A stretch of 62,344 nt of DNA, filler included, from Aduncisulcus paluster (taxonomy: Eukaryota), in NCBI GenBank assembly GCA_024181965.1. It is 7 parts of 7 records of this genome, joined end to end, with 100 filler letters (N's around TTAATTAATTAA, not from the genome) between each part and the next. Parts side by side here need not be neighbours in the genome. Positions count along the whole stretch, not along the records: positions 50,824 to 56,761 come from BQXS01011006.1; positions 56,862 to 62,344 come from BQXS01011009.1; 5 more parts are not named here. One strand, given 5' to 3'. Numbering within the stretch: the first letter of the stretch is position 1; each line of letters opens with the position of its first letter. The notes beneath the pieces were generated by a model. It had not been told where the DNA came from and searched no databases. It saw nothing but the letters and a program-made list of their open reading frames with translations. Shown here one piece after another: positions 52,512 through 62,344 of this stretch. The position numbers and the translations under genes are program-made.

Positions 52512-53957
52512 ATGGATTCAAACTACGAAAAAATGATATTATCGGACGATAGTGGTCCAAAAGAGATATTTCATTTTGCAATTGAGGATTTAATTGATGA
52601 ACAACCCGAGCTTTATGTTGTGTCCATTGCTTTCTCCCCTAAAGACCTTCCAGAGACCTCCCAAAATGTTAATATTATACTAAGAAGTACAGAGTCATCT
52701 GATAGAATATTTTCCTATCCAATAACTATGGTTCCAACTTCTTTTTGGCGGAGATTGTTCAAACTTCGCCCATCTCTCAAAGAAATCATGCTTAGATGCG
52801 ACTCTTCCCTTACAAAACGTTTTATTAAACCTTGTTGCTGTTGTGGTAAGCTGGCAAATATTCATTCTATTAAGGCATCTGCTGATATGGATATGGCATG
52901 CAAAAAATGGGAAATTGAAGAGTATCAACGCATTCACAAACATAAAATTGGAGTTTTATATCGGAAATATGGTCAAGAAACCGAAGAGGAAATGTTAGGA
53001 AACTCTGGATCCGATTGTTCTCCATTTTATACACGTTTTTTGTCTCTGATCGGCCAAGAAGTTGAGGTTAAAGGATTTTCAAAGTACAAAGGAGGTTTAG
53101 ATACCACTCATGGTAATACTGGATCAAAGAGTATCTTTGCAGAGCACAATGATCACTCTATCATGTACCACGTCTCCACTATGCTCCCACACTCCCTCAA
53201 GGATGACCAACAGATCGCAAAGAAACGTCATATCGGCAATGATACCGTTGTTGTTCTTTTTCAGGAACCACATTGCCCTCTCCCGAATATTCGACTTATC
53301 AGAAGTCAGATGGTCAAGGTTATCATTGTTATTGAGAGTGTAGTTGCACCTCCTATACCTCTCACAGGCTCTATGATGGAGGATAAAGGAGAAGAAGAGG
53401 AAGAAGAGGAAGAAGAGAAAGAGATTGGAATTGAGGGTCTTGGGGATGCAGATGGACGCCTCGACGAATCTCTTGATCAGGATGAGAAGACAGGAGCTGA
53501 TTCGTTTGACCCTGTGATGTCAAGAATGGATGGCCAAGATCGTATGACCACAGCCACTCCTCCACCTCTCCCTTCTTCCGCAGCACCCACATTGGAGCCG
53601 AGTCCCTTTGATAAAGACCCTCCTAATCCTTTCCACTCGGAGCAGCTTAGCGAGCATGGAACAGTGTCTTCTTCTGAATCTCCAGATGATGCCGCAATGG
53701 TCATGGGTCGTTTGATTGGATATAGGATTCATATCATCAAACGTTCCTCTATTCCGGCTTTAAGTCCACAAATACCCATGGATCCCATTGAACCTGATAA
53801 ACCCATTCTGTACAAACTTGATGCGGCATTTAAGAACACCTTTTGGGATCTCATAGTCGACGCTGATGTGAAAGCTTGGAAAAGCCCCGATTTGTGTGAT
53901 AAAATGGTTAGAATGAGGAGATATATGCTCAGATCCATGTTCTCAAAAGACTTATAA
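52512..53957 (+). CDS. Rap/Ran-GAP domain protein (Rap1GAP-like)
   Basis: HKIGVLY...GQETEEEMLGN, YKGGLD, IMYHVSTMLP and KKRHIGND (Asn thumb), with an acidic/Pro-rich insertion near the end of the domain. Confidence 0.92.
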   Translation: MDSNYEKMILSDDSGPKEIFHFAIEDLIDEQPELYVVSIAFSPKDLPETSQNVNIILRSTESSDRIFSYPITMVPTSFWRRLFKLRPSLKEIMLRCDSSLTKRFIKPCCCCGKLANIHSIKASADMDMACKKWEIEEYQRIHKHKIGVLYRKYGQETEEEMLGNSGSDCSPFYTRFLSLIGQEVEVKGFSKYKGGLDTTHGNTGSKSIFAEHNDHSIMYHVSTMLPHSLKDDQQIAKKRHIGNDTVVVLFQEPHCPLPNIRLIRSQMVKVIIVIESVVAPPIPLTGSMMEDKGEEEEEEEEEKEIGIEGLGDADGRLDESLDQDEKTGADSFDPVMSRMDGQDRMTTATPPPLPSSAAPTLEPSPFDKDPPNPFHSEQLSEHGTVSSSESPDDAAMVMGRLIGYRIHIIKRSSIPALSPQIPMDPIEPDKPILYKLDAAFKNTFWDLIVDADVKAWKSPDLCDKMVRMRRYMLRSMFSKDL

Positions 53958-54686
53958 ATAGAACACCTACGCACTCTCAAAAAATAGAACATCTTGGTTG
54001 ATGTGATTTTTATGTCTGAGATGTTCTATGATTATCATCTTATTCCAGCAATCCACATTGATATCATTCTCTTCTCACTCTCTCTCTCTCCCTCTCTCTA
54101 TTCTATCAGTTTCACGTTTTTTTCTTTTATTATTATTATTATTTATGTTTTCCAAAATAACCCTATTTTAAATAACCCTATTTATTGTTTATTGAACGTT
54201 TTATTCAATTTTATTCATGTTTCTTCTTAACTTCTCATTGTTATCAGTCTTTTTCTGTTACTTTCTCAGAGACTATTTTTGGCTCAGATAACTTTTTTAT
54301 TATTTAATGATGAAAAATCACGTACAACTTCCCTTTGTCTGGTTTTAATGATATCAAAACAAAGGCTTTGTGAAATCTATTTTAAATAGACTATTTATAT
54401 ACATTTTCTCAAAACAGTTATTATTTGCACAATACATTGTATTGAATACAACAACTTGTTGCAACAAGTAAAAACGTGTTATCGTGTTCCCCCTTTTACA
54501 ATCAAATAGGTCTGGCTTGTATTAATTAATATAAATATAAATATAGATACGAGATGGATCTGTGGGGTTGAGAATTTGAGCAATAATCTTCCAAAAACTA
54601 ACGTGGTGACAGCACCGTAAAAACAACAATAAAAATCATGTTTTAGATTGGTTATATAAAGACAGTAGATCTCAGATTCAGACGAT

Positions 54687-56234
54687 CTATTTCTTTGGTT
54701 TGATCTTCTGATGTTTCGCCCTCTTCTTCTCTTCCTTAGCAATCCTGTCTGCCTTCTCGTCTTCTTCTTCCTCCAGGGAAACAATGGCAGGTCCATTAAT
54801 AAGGGCAAAGACAACAGAAGGGATAGTAGCTGCAGCATCTTGTCCAGCACAGTGGAACATCCTTGAATGAGCCTTAAATGGTTTCGATGTCTTGTCACGG
54901 TGGTAAGTGAGGCCATATGAATGGAGGGTGAATATCATCTTCGTTTTAGCGGGAGAAACTGGATTATCAATCGAGGCCGAAGAATCAATGGAAATATGGG
55001 GAGAAGAGACCGTCGAAGTCGATGACACGGCAGATGAGGTTTCACTGGAAACATCACCACTCTTCTCGGCTTCAATCATATCATGTGTGGAGCATACACC
55101 CATCCAATCAATAGCAGTCTCAAAGATAGAGTGAACTCTGGCATCATGAGAGGCATATGAGGGTGATCCCCGTCTCTTGAAAGCCGGCAAACAGTCAACA
55201 GGGTCATGAATGTTGATGCAGAAGGCGAGAATACAATTTGAAGCCCACTCAATACAGTTTGTAGCAGGTTCATCAGAAGGAACAATGGCATTCTTCACAA
55301 GGATCTTATGATAACTGGATACATTCGCTTCAAAGTCTTTAACAATCGACTCTGCACATGTTAACAGGGCTTCTTTCTCCATTGTTGGACCTTTTGCCCA
55401 CAAACAATGCTGGAATACATGATTGGGATCACAAGGCTCATCAATAGCTCCAAAGATTTCACGGAGGATAAGAATGGAGTCTATCATCAAGGTACGAATG
55501 TCTACAGAAACTATATTGGCCATAGAAGGCCTGGGAAGGTAGGAATAGGCAGTTATAGGGATGGTTCCATAGGGATAATACCCAGAAGCTCTTCCAAGAT
55601 CGGCAAGGATCTCAAGGCCATTTAAAATGATCAAAGCAAATAAGAAATGTTGAGGAGAATTCTCAATGCTTATTTTAACATCTTTTCGATCACAATGTTT
55701 CCTAGTAATACCGTGTAGATCTTTTGTGAACTTCATATTCATTTTTAAGGTTTTGGGATCAAGGGTTTGATATTTTCCCGATCTAAAGGGGTTCATCAAA
55801 TGAGCTTGCATACTTACCCCACTATATTCCTTGGTGTGGTCAAGAGAAGAAGGTATAATCGATGAATCGTCTGGAATAAAAACAAAATCATGGATATTTT
55901 TTAAAGATCTGCTAGATTTTAAAATATCTTTAACGCTAGATACAGCATAGCCAATTTCACAGTACGCTGAAGAGAGAAAGTAACCTGCCTTGCTGCTCCG
56001 GGATTCTGTTCTTGGTGGTCTGGCTTTTAAAAAGTTTCTCTCATGAAGAAGAAGGTTTCCTTTAACTTTTCCACTTGCTAGGGCTTCAAAATCAATGCCA
56101 TGAACGATATAATCATCGAAAGATTCCCTATTCTTCAATCCAGCAGTCCACATTGAATCAACAAAACGAGAAATATCACTATTCGAATGTTGATATAATA
56201 TAAGTGGGTTTTTTGATGTTCTTATTTTTGTCAT
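54687..56234 (-). CDS. Hypothetical protein
   Basis: ~515-aa ORF (first ATG at 56234) with a charged C-terminus and no recognisable motif. Confidence 0.75.
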   Translation of the reverse strand: MTKIRTSKNPLILYQHSNSDISRFVDSMWTAGLKNRESFDDYIVHGIDFEALASGKVKGNLLLHERNFLKARPPRTESRSSKAGYFLSSAYCEIGYAVSSVKDILKSSRSLKNIHDFVFIPDDSSIIPSSLDHTKEYSGVSMQAHLMNPFRSGKYQTLDPKTLKMNMKFTKDLHGITRKHCDRKDVKISIENSPQHFLFALIILNGLEILADLGRASGYYPYGTIPITAYSYLPRPSMANIVSVDIRTLMIDSILILREIFGAIDEPCDPNHVFQHCLWAKGPTMEKEALLTCAESIVKDFEANVSSYHKILVKNAIVPSDEPATNCIEWASNCILAFCINIHDPVDCLPAFKRRGSPSYASHDARVHSIFETAIDWMGVCSTHDMIEAEKSGDVSSETSSAVSSTSTVSSPHISIDSSASIDNPVSPAKTKMIFTLHSYGLTYHRDKTSKPFKAHSRMFHCAGQDAAATIPSVVFALINGPAIVSLEEEEDEKADRIAKEEKKRAKHQKIKPKK

Positions 56235-56420
56235 TTTCACTATTCCACCAAAACCACAAATTCTTCAATCCACAATTCCCTGGTATGATCTATGACACTA
56301 CGAAGGGGATTGTGTGTTATTATATATTATGAACAAATGTATCCATTTATTGAACAATTCTTTTTGCGCCTACTAACAGATTCTCGCTCAATCAGATGGC
56401 TCCAGCTCAAATTGCATTTT

Positions 56421-56761
56421 GAAACAAGCATGGAAAAAAGTTGGGAAAAGTTCAGCAAAACAAAAATTGGTAATTAGTACTGATGATAATGGTTACCCTG
56501 TATTAATATCTTTGTATTTTTCAACCGGATCTATTGAAAATCTCCCCCCTGGTGTTGAATTAGTATATAAACGGATTCACCAGCGTGGACTTGCATTTAT
56601 TTTTAGTCATAATACTGTGGCAGTTAAATTTTCTTCGGTTGGAGCTTTATCTGCCGTCATTTCATTTTTAGATTCCTACACAGAATATGGTCAGACCATT
56701 GGTGGATTCGAATACTCGCCTGGTTTTGACAGCCAATCCCTATCTCCAAGTGGCTCTATAT
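56421..56761 (+). repeat. 341-bp exact inverted copy of 51111-51451 (partial EVH1-gene fragment) at the contig end
   Basis: The translated segment KQAWKKVGK...SLSPSGSI is identical to the 50824-51498 protein. It lacks the start codon and begins abruptly at 56421. Confidence 0.88.
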
Positions 56762-56861
56762 NNNNNNNNNNNNNNNNNNNNNNNNNNNNNNNNNNNNNNN
56801 NNNNNTTAATTAATTAANNNNNNNNNNNNNNNNNNNNNNNNNNNNNNNNNNNNNNNNNNNN

Positions 56862-57799
56862 TGCCAATGTGCATTCATAAACCTCTCTCCTATAACGTGA
56901 AGTCAGCGGGGTCAGCAAGCACGTCTGTTTCTGTTGATGTTGCCCAGTATTTGCATGTCTTTCCGAGAGCATCTGGTGTGAAAGAGAGAGTGCGCGTGAT
57001 GCTGAATATTCTCAATCGTAAGTGGGAAGGACATATTTTCCACGAAGATCCTTCAGTCACACAAAAGGATGAAGATGTGGCAGAATTTTATCAGGAAGCA
57101 ATGGAAAAAGAACAAGAAGAGGAGAAGGGCGGTGAGGAAAGGTTAGAAGGAGAAAAAGAGTTTTTAGTTGATAGGGCAGCAAGTGTATTGAACCCATTCG
57201 AGGCTGATTGGAAAGGCTCTTTGAGTGCGCAACAGTTACAAATTATACAGAAAGAACAATTCGATGAAGAGAAAGAAAAAGAGGAGCAGATGAAGAAAGA
57301 ATATTTAGAAACATTCTCATTCTCTCCTTTCCCTTGTCTGGTGTTTGTAAATACGAGAGAAAACTGTGATATTGTCAAGAAAGAAATACGAAGAATGTCA
57401 GATTTTAGGTGTGAGAGTTTCCACGGAATGAAGACACAGACTGATCGTGAACGATTGTTAAGAGATTTCCGTGCTCAGAGATTTGATATTCTTGTATCGA
57501 CTGATGTGTTAGGTCGAGGTATTGATATCTCTGGAATTGGTCTAGTTTTCAACTATGATCTCCCACAAAATATCGAGACTTATACCCATCGAATCGGAAG
57601 GACTGGGCGAGCAGGGAAGAAAGGAGAGTCACATACATTCATTTCAATGGATTTGAAGGGACAATCAAGGGGCAAAATGGGCAAAGATATCGTTGATTTC
57701 TCTTTATTGAGACAGATTGTGAGAAGAGTTGACAGGGGCGTGGGGTATGTTCCTGTTGAGCTCAAAAAGGCACTTCAGAAACAATACATTATCGAATAG
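56862..57799 (+). CDS. DEAD-box RNA helicase, C-terminal domain, Prp28/DDX23-like; 5'-truncated
   Basis: Motifs IV-VI: LVFVNT, FHGMKTQTDRE, ILVSTDVLGRGID and YTHRIGRTGRAGKKG; an acidic insertion lies before motif IV. Confidence 0.85.
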
Positions 57800-58187
57800 A
57801 ATCAATGATTTCTTTTATTCATGTTATTTGCTATTTTTAGACCATATTTCTCTCATGAAACTAATAATATGCACACAATGATGAAAATAGAGTGAGATAT
57901 TAAGAGAGATTATGATCGTTATTTTTTACGATAACTAATAACATCAACTATTTTTACAGTATTGATTCCAAACAATATCAAGGATTTAATCTCTTCCTTC
58001 CAGAAAAATATGTTATTACAATAATTCTGAGATGAAAAGAAAGAGAAGAAAAGGATGAAACAATATAAACTCTTAGAAAACAATATTATGTCAAATAAAA
58101 AAAAATTGTGAAAGACCTATTTAGATTGGATTTGAAATGACTTAGAAGTGTGAATCAATATCAGATTATTCATGAATTAAATCAAAA

Positions 58188-60305
58188 TTAAATCACTTCA
58201 AGAGCTCCCAAAGGAAGCAAAATGATCATGATACCAACTCCAATTCCAAGGCCTAAGAGAGAAGGAAGAACAACTCCAAACTTCTTTAGGGTGATCGCAA
58301 GGCCACAGACACAAATATTGACAATAAACACCTGCAAAAGAGAGTTTTGGAGGCTTGTCAAGTGACTTTCATAAGCATCAGAGATATCAAGCAACGAAAC
58401 GACATAGCTTAGACTGAAACACACGGAGGAATTCTCTCCAATGGCTCCCAATACATATGGGAAACCACCTCCAATGTCACAGGCTCCAACACAGCCACTC
58501 ACAAACAGCATTCCAGCACCCAGGCCAATGAAGATGGTACCAGGTCCAGCAAAGGCTGCAGATGGGGGGAAAGAAGGTATAATGGACCAGAGAATCCCCA
58601 CAATGATGAGTATGAGTCCAAGGTTTATCATTTCGAGGAGGACACGGCGTTTGGTTTGTGCTGATGCTGCAAATATCTCTTTTTGAGTCATACCACAGCT
58701 CATGATGGACTTCTTGGAGACAGCAGAGTTGGCAGATAGAGGAGGAGATAGAGGGGCCGATGAGTGAGCAATACCCACAGACACATTATCCATTTCTACC
58801 CCCATATCTGACTTCTCTGGAGGGTGGAATGTTGATTGTGAATGATCAGACAATAACTGACCTGCACGAACACGACTGTCAAGCTTCTTGATCTCATCAA
58901 CGTGTACACGGGAGTTAATAAAGGACACAAATAACCACATTCCAGCAGTGTTTCCGACAAGGAAGCAGCCAGAATACCCAATAATGGCAGAGATATAGCC
59001 TCCAGCATATGTGTCGATGGTGAAATCCTCAAAGAAATCGGCATATCTCGAAAGAAGGGAGGTTTGTACACTCATGACAAGTCCCAACAAGAGTTTGAGG
59101 GTGAAATGTGATCCTGTGAGCATGTCAATGATACATCCAACAATACAAGCGAGGGAGAATGTGGCAAGAGGGGTCCACATGAGACATGGGAGATCCAGTC
59201 CACCCACAGTGCGGTCATCTATTTCCTGAGCTGTGTCCGGGGTGTGGACAATAATGTCATTGTGAGACAGAATAGGGGTAACAACGACAGCAATGACAAA
59301 GAGAACAACGAATTTGGTCAGACTCATGGCACGTGAACGGACAGAATTCTTCCCAAAGAATGTGGTGTACATTGAGAAAGATGGATCATCTTCCCGCAAG
59401 AAGGTCTCAAGCTCAAGTTCACTATCTTGCTCAGACTCCTCTTCTTCCTCCTCTCCATCCGCGTTTAGCTGGTTCTCAATGCCGGTATCTTTGCCCTTTG
59501 GAGTCGCTGGATTAGGTTGTTTTGCTTGATCATGGACAGCACTCTGCATAACTCCAGATTGGGCCATGGGGTGTGGGGAAGGGAAGGTGTCCTCAGAATC
59601 ATTCGAGGAGGATTTTTCCTCTCCCATCTCAAAGTCGGTACTAACTCCCTCAGTGAAAGCTGTGGCCTCAGTGTGGGTGGCAGTGTGAGTATCTATTGAG
59701 GATGAGGCTTGGATTTCTTCAGAAGCATCGTCATCATTGTCTAGACCTCCCAAATGAGAGGGCAATGATGGAACAGCTCCAGAGACTCCCGATACAAAAC
59801 CAGGATTAGCGGCACGGCCGGTACCTGATGTCAAAGGATGTTGAGCCTCATTGGGGTCGCTTCTATTCATTTTGGCAGCAACAATACCTCTTTTACGAAT
59901 ATATCTATCCTTTTTAAACGATTTTTGATGGGAAATCTGTGCAGAAATACCAGCAATGAAGATCAAAATACACAAACCAAAGTCAAATAGAGTAGTCAAT
60001 CTAGAATAGTGAGATTCATCTGAACCAAGGTTCAATCCAGGTGAAAATATTAAGAATAATGAAGGGAAAAGCTCAAATAGTTCAGATGTTGGAAAAAACA
60101 GAGATACCATATAGCCAAGGACAATTATGCCTCTAGCGACATCCAATCCAATTAATCTTATTTTTGAAGGAATTTTTCTTGAAGTTTTAGGTGTTATATA
60201 GCTCCTACTCACGCTATTTTGCTCAGGAGCTGCCTCGCCAGGAAATGAAGGTTGAGAGATGGAAGGGGTTGGATATCTCTCCGACTTCATCATTATTGAT
60301 TTCAT
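58188..60305 (-). CDS. Multi-pass membrane protein, HGSNAT/DUF1624-like transmembrane acyltransferase superfamily
   Basis: RLIGLDVARG (R-x-x-x-L-D-x-x-R-G) and TTLFDF...IFIAGIS motifs; about 11 TM helices with two long disordered loops. Confidence 0.65.
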   Translation of the reverse strand: MKSIMMKSERYPTPSISQPSFPGEAAPEQNSVSRSYITPKTSRKIPSKIRLIGLDVARGIIVLGYMVSLFFPTSELFELFPSLFLIFSPGLNLGSDESHYSRLTTLFDFGLCILIFIAGISAQISHQKSFKKDRYIRKRGIVAAKMNRSDPNEAQHPLTSGTGRAANPGFVSGVSGAVPSLPSHLGGLDNDDDASEEIQASSSIDTHTATHTEATAFTEGVSTDFEMGEEKSSSNDSEDTFPSPHPMAQSGVMQSAVHDQAKQPNPATPKGKDTGIENQLNADGEEEEEESEQDSELELETFLREDDPSFSMYTTFFGKNSVRSRAMSLTKFVVLFVIAVVVTPILSHNDIIVHTPDTAQEIDDRTVGGLDLPCLMWTPLATFSLACIVGCIIDMLTGSHFTLKLLLGLVMSVQTSLLSRYADFFEDFTIDTYAGGYISAIIGYSGCFLVGNTAGMWLFVSFINSRVHVDEIKKLDSRVRAGQLLSDHSQSTFHPPEKSDMGVEMDNVSVGIAHSSAPLSPPLSANSAVSKKSIMSCGMTQKEIFAASAQTKRRVLLEMINLGLILIIVGILWSIIPSFPPSAAFAGPGTIFIGLGAGMLFVSGCVGACDIGGGFPYVLGAIGENSSVCFSLSYVVSLLDISDAYESHLTSLQNSLLQVFIVNICVCGLAITLKKFGVVLPSLLGLGIGVGIMIILLPLGALEVI

Positions 60306-60655
60306 ATTTTTAATAAACTAACCTTCAATAAATAGAAATTTGTTGTGAGGTCACCAAGGAGAGTGAAACTGGAAAGATTTTTCGGTTCTTTCAATTATAG
60401 AAGGGTCAACAAAAGATTATATTGATATTTGAAGTTTAAATTCAGTTACGAAGATGAGAATAGCATGCTAGTATCAAATCACTGTTTATTACCGATATTA
60501 CCGATATTTCAAATCTATCATCATAAATAGCAAAATATCACATAATTTTTTTTATTCATTTTAATAATTCCACTTAGAACAGTATGAATTATAAACAAAC
60601 AATTGTTTTAACCGGCTGAATACCATCCAAGTTTTTTTCGTCCAATACACAAATA

Positions 60656-62344
60656 ATGAGCCTTCGAAATCCCAAAAAAACACACGATTGGCAGCGTATT
60701 GGGGAGAGGGTTCCTCCAACCGCCCGTTATTCTCCGGCTTGCTGTGTTGATGAGGAAAACGAGTATATATTTGTATTCGGTGGGTTTTGTGGCGAATATA
60801 TGGATGATTTTCTGTTTTACGATGTTAAAAAGAATGTTTGGAGAGTTATTTCACCATATTCAGATACCCCTTGGCCTTCACCCAGAAGAGGTCATTCCCT
60901 TTTCTATATTAATGGGAGTGTCATCCTTTTTGGAGGAGAAGATGGAACAAAATGTTTAAACGATGTTTGGAAATTCAATATTGAATCAATGTCTTGGACT
61001 GAACTCACTTCAGAAGGTGAAATTCCTGAACCTCGTTATTCTCATGGATCTGTAACACTTGGAAATGTTGGAATTGTGTTCGGAGGAAGAGATAGATATG
61101 TTGAAAATATTGCCACTACTTCTAGCCTTGAACTTCCTTCTAAATTCCCGATATCTAAAAAAGAAGCTGGGCCAACAGATGATTCATCAGCTGAAGCAAA
61201 ATTAAAAGCCACAATTGAAGTTCCTAATGTTTCACCTGGTTCGAGTACCGAGACATCCGCATTTTATTCCAATACTTATCTTTTATCTATTGAACGGCGT
61301 GTTACAGGCGACGTTGATATGCAAGAAGCTTTGTTCTCTGATGATTCAAACGATTCAAATGAACCTATATCCTCTGATGAGAATCCTACCCTTTTCCCAA
61401 TGGATCATGTCTGGGTAGCCGTGTGGAAATGTCTGCCCTCTTCTTCCGCCAAGAACTCTTTTCCTTCTCCTAGATACGGTGCTTCCATGACTACTTGTGA
61501 TGGTGATGCCTATCTTTATGGTGGATACGATGGCTCTCAACGGTTCGCTGATTTGTGGAAACTTAACGTTCTCAATGGTCAATGGGAATCCGCCAAGGGC
61601 TGTGAGAGTCTAAGGAACAATTCATATCTCGATGCATTCTATTCTGGAGCCAAGAAGTCCGAACTCCCCGTTGATCTTGGATCCTTCCCCTGTGCTCGTA
61701 CAGAGTGTGCTATGTTCTCTATATCTTCTGTTATCTTTGTATTTGGAGGCAGTGGGGAACATGGACCTTGTGGAGACATTTGGATGTATGATTCCATCCA
61801 TGGTGAGTGGGATATCGCGAGTGATGGTATTGGTGGTGCTTTTGGAGGGTCTGGATGGGTCTCTGAAGGTGTCGATAAGAGTTTAATATCCCATTACCCT
61901 GTGCCAAGGCATGGGATGTGTGCAGTTGGAATGGTTGGAGGCAGTCTGATATCCAGGGTTGGAGCCTCTGAGTCCATGACACCAGAGATAGCTCCCACAA
62001 TGTGCTCAGACTCCCTCATTATCTTTGGAGGCAGTGACGGTGAGTTCTATCAGAATGACATGTGGAAATGGAGGGGTGGTCCAAAGATGATCATTGAACT
62101 TGAGAGGAGAAGGGCAGAGAGGACAAAAGTGTGGGATGAAATCAAGCGAGGAGAAGAGGAAGAAGAGGAAGATCTTGTATTATCGAAGAAATCATCCACC
62201 TCCAGTGTTTTTAAGGAAACTCCTGGAAAGTCAATCTTCTCAACTATGTCCACAGAAAGGACTAAAATTGCAAATGAACTTGTTGATGCCATTGAGAAAA
62301 CCATCAAGAATACATCAGCCTCTCCATCTACCGCCAGTTTCCAT
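60656..62344 (+). CDS. Kelch-repeat beta-propeller protein, runs off the window end
   Basis: Not in the ORF track; translated by hand. MSLRNPKKTHDWQRIGERVPPTARYSPACCVDEENEYIFVFGG...WPSPRRGHS...ILFGGEDGTKCLNDVWKF...IPEPRYSHGS shows repeated R-x-x-H / FGG / W Kelch blades. Confidence 0.88.
   Translation, partial: MSLRNPKKTHDWQRIGERVPPTARYSPACCVDEENEYIFVFGGFCGEYMDDFLFYDVKKNVWRVISPYSDTPWPSPRRGHSLFYINGSVILFGGEDGTKCLNDVWKFNIESMSWTELTSEGEIPEPRYSHGSVTLGNVGIVFGGRDRYVENIATTSSLELPSKFPISKKEAGPTDDSSAEAKLKATIEVPNVSPGSSTETSAFYSNTYLLSIERRVTGDVDMQEALFSDDSNDSNEPISSDENPTLFPMDHVWVAVWKCLPSSSAKNSFPSPRYGASMTTCDGDAYLYGGYDGSQRFADLWKLNVLNGQWESAKGCESLRNNSYLDAFYSGAKKSELPVDLGSFPCARTECAMFSISSVIFVFGGSGEHGPCGDIWMYDSIHGEWDIASDGIGGAFGGSGWVSEGVDKSLISHYPVPRHGMCAVGMVGGSLISRVGASESMTPEIAPTMCSDSLIIFGGSDGEFYQNDMWKWRGGPKMIIELERRRAERTKVWDEIKRGEEEEEEDLVLSKKSSTSSVFKETPGKSIFSTMSTERTKIANELVDAIEKTIKNTSASPSTASFH

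Noticed and set aside
2382-62307. Numerous 60-240 aa ORFs in the track that overlap long genes on other frames or strands
   Set aside because: They are shadow ORFs of Ser-rich coding sequence, with no motifs and often non-ATG starts.
1-62344. Alternative genetic code (TAA/TAG = Gln, as in hexamitid diplomonads)
   Set aside because: Conserved genes (thrC, iscA, MATE, RapGAP, the helicase) are uninterrupted under the standard code and end at TAA or TAG where expected.
1-62344. CRISPR array or bacterial contamination to explain the TnpB-like, thrC and MATE genes
   Set aside because: No repeat-spacer array was seen. These genes share contigs or scaffolds with clearly eukaryotic genes and show no operon structure.

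Overview
Compact, gene-dense, nearly intronless eukaryotic DNA that uses the standard genetic code. It is a draft assembly: seven contigs are joined by 100-bp artificial N44-TTAATTAATTAA-N44 linkers, and three 20-N gaps are flanked by unmerged duplicate overlaps. Gene content suggests an anaerobic metamonad protist, probably a free-living fornicate. This is inference from a short-presequence IscA, bacterial-type threonine synthase and MATE genes, an LRR/EGF Cys-rich surface protein, and very rare AT-rich introns. Housekeeping genes include an ARID protein, Nup155, an NF-YC-like histone fold, a RalGAP-alpha-like protein, RapGAP, a Prp28-like DEAD-box helicase, an RRM protein, a Kelch protein, an HGSNAT-like membrane protein, tRNA-Ser(GCT) and tRNA-Arg(ACG). 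Highlights: (1) the C-terminal half of a Fanzor1-type (eukaryotic TnpB) RNA-guided nuclease at a contig end, with a candidate omegaRNA/right-end region; (2) both tRNA genes are followed about 200-270 bp downstream by co-oriented, repeat-like ORFs (one gag-like) that run into contig breaks, suggesting tRNA-targeted retroelements; (3) a probable single giant (>5,200 aa) multi-pass membrane protein gene, broken by an assembly duplication and one frameshift, and possibly fused to an N-terminal CAMKK/LKB1-like kinase; (4) an unexplained ~150-nt structured GC-rich island at 6275-6424.
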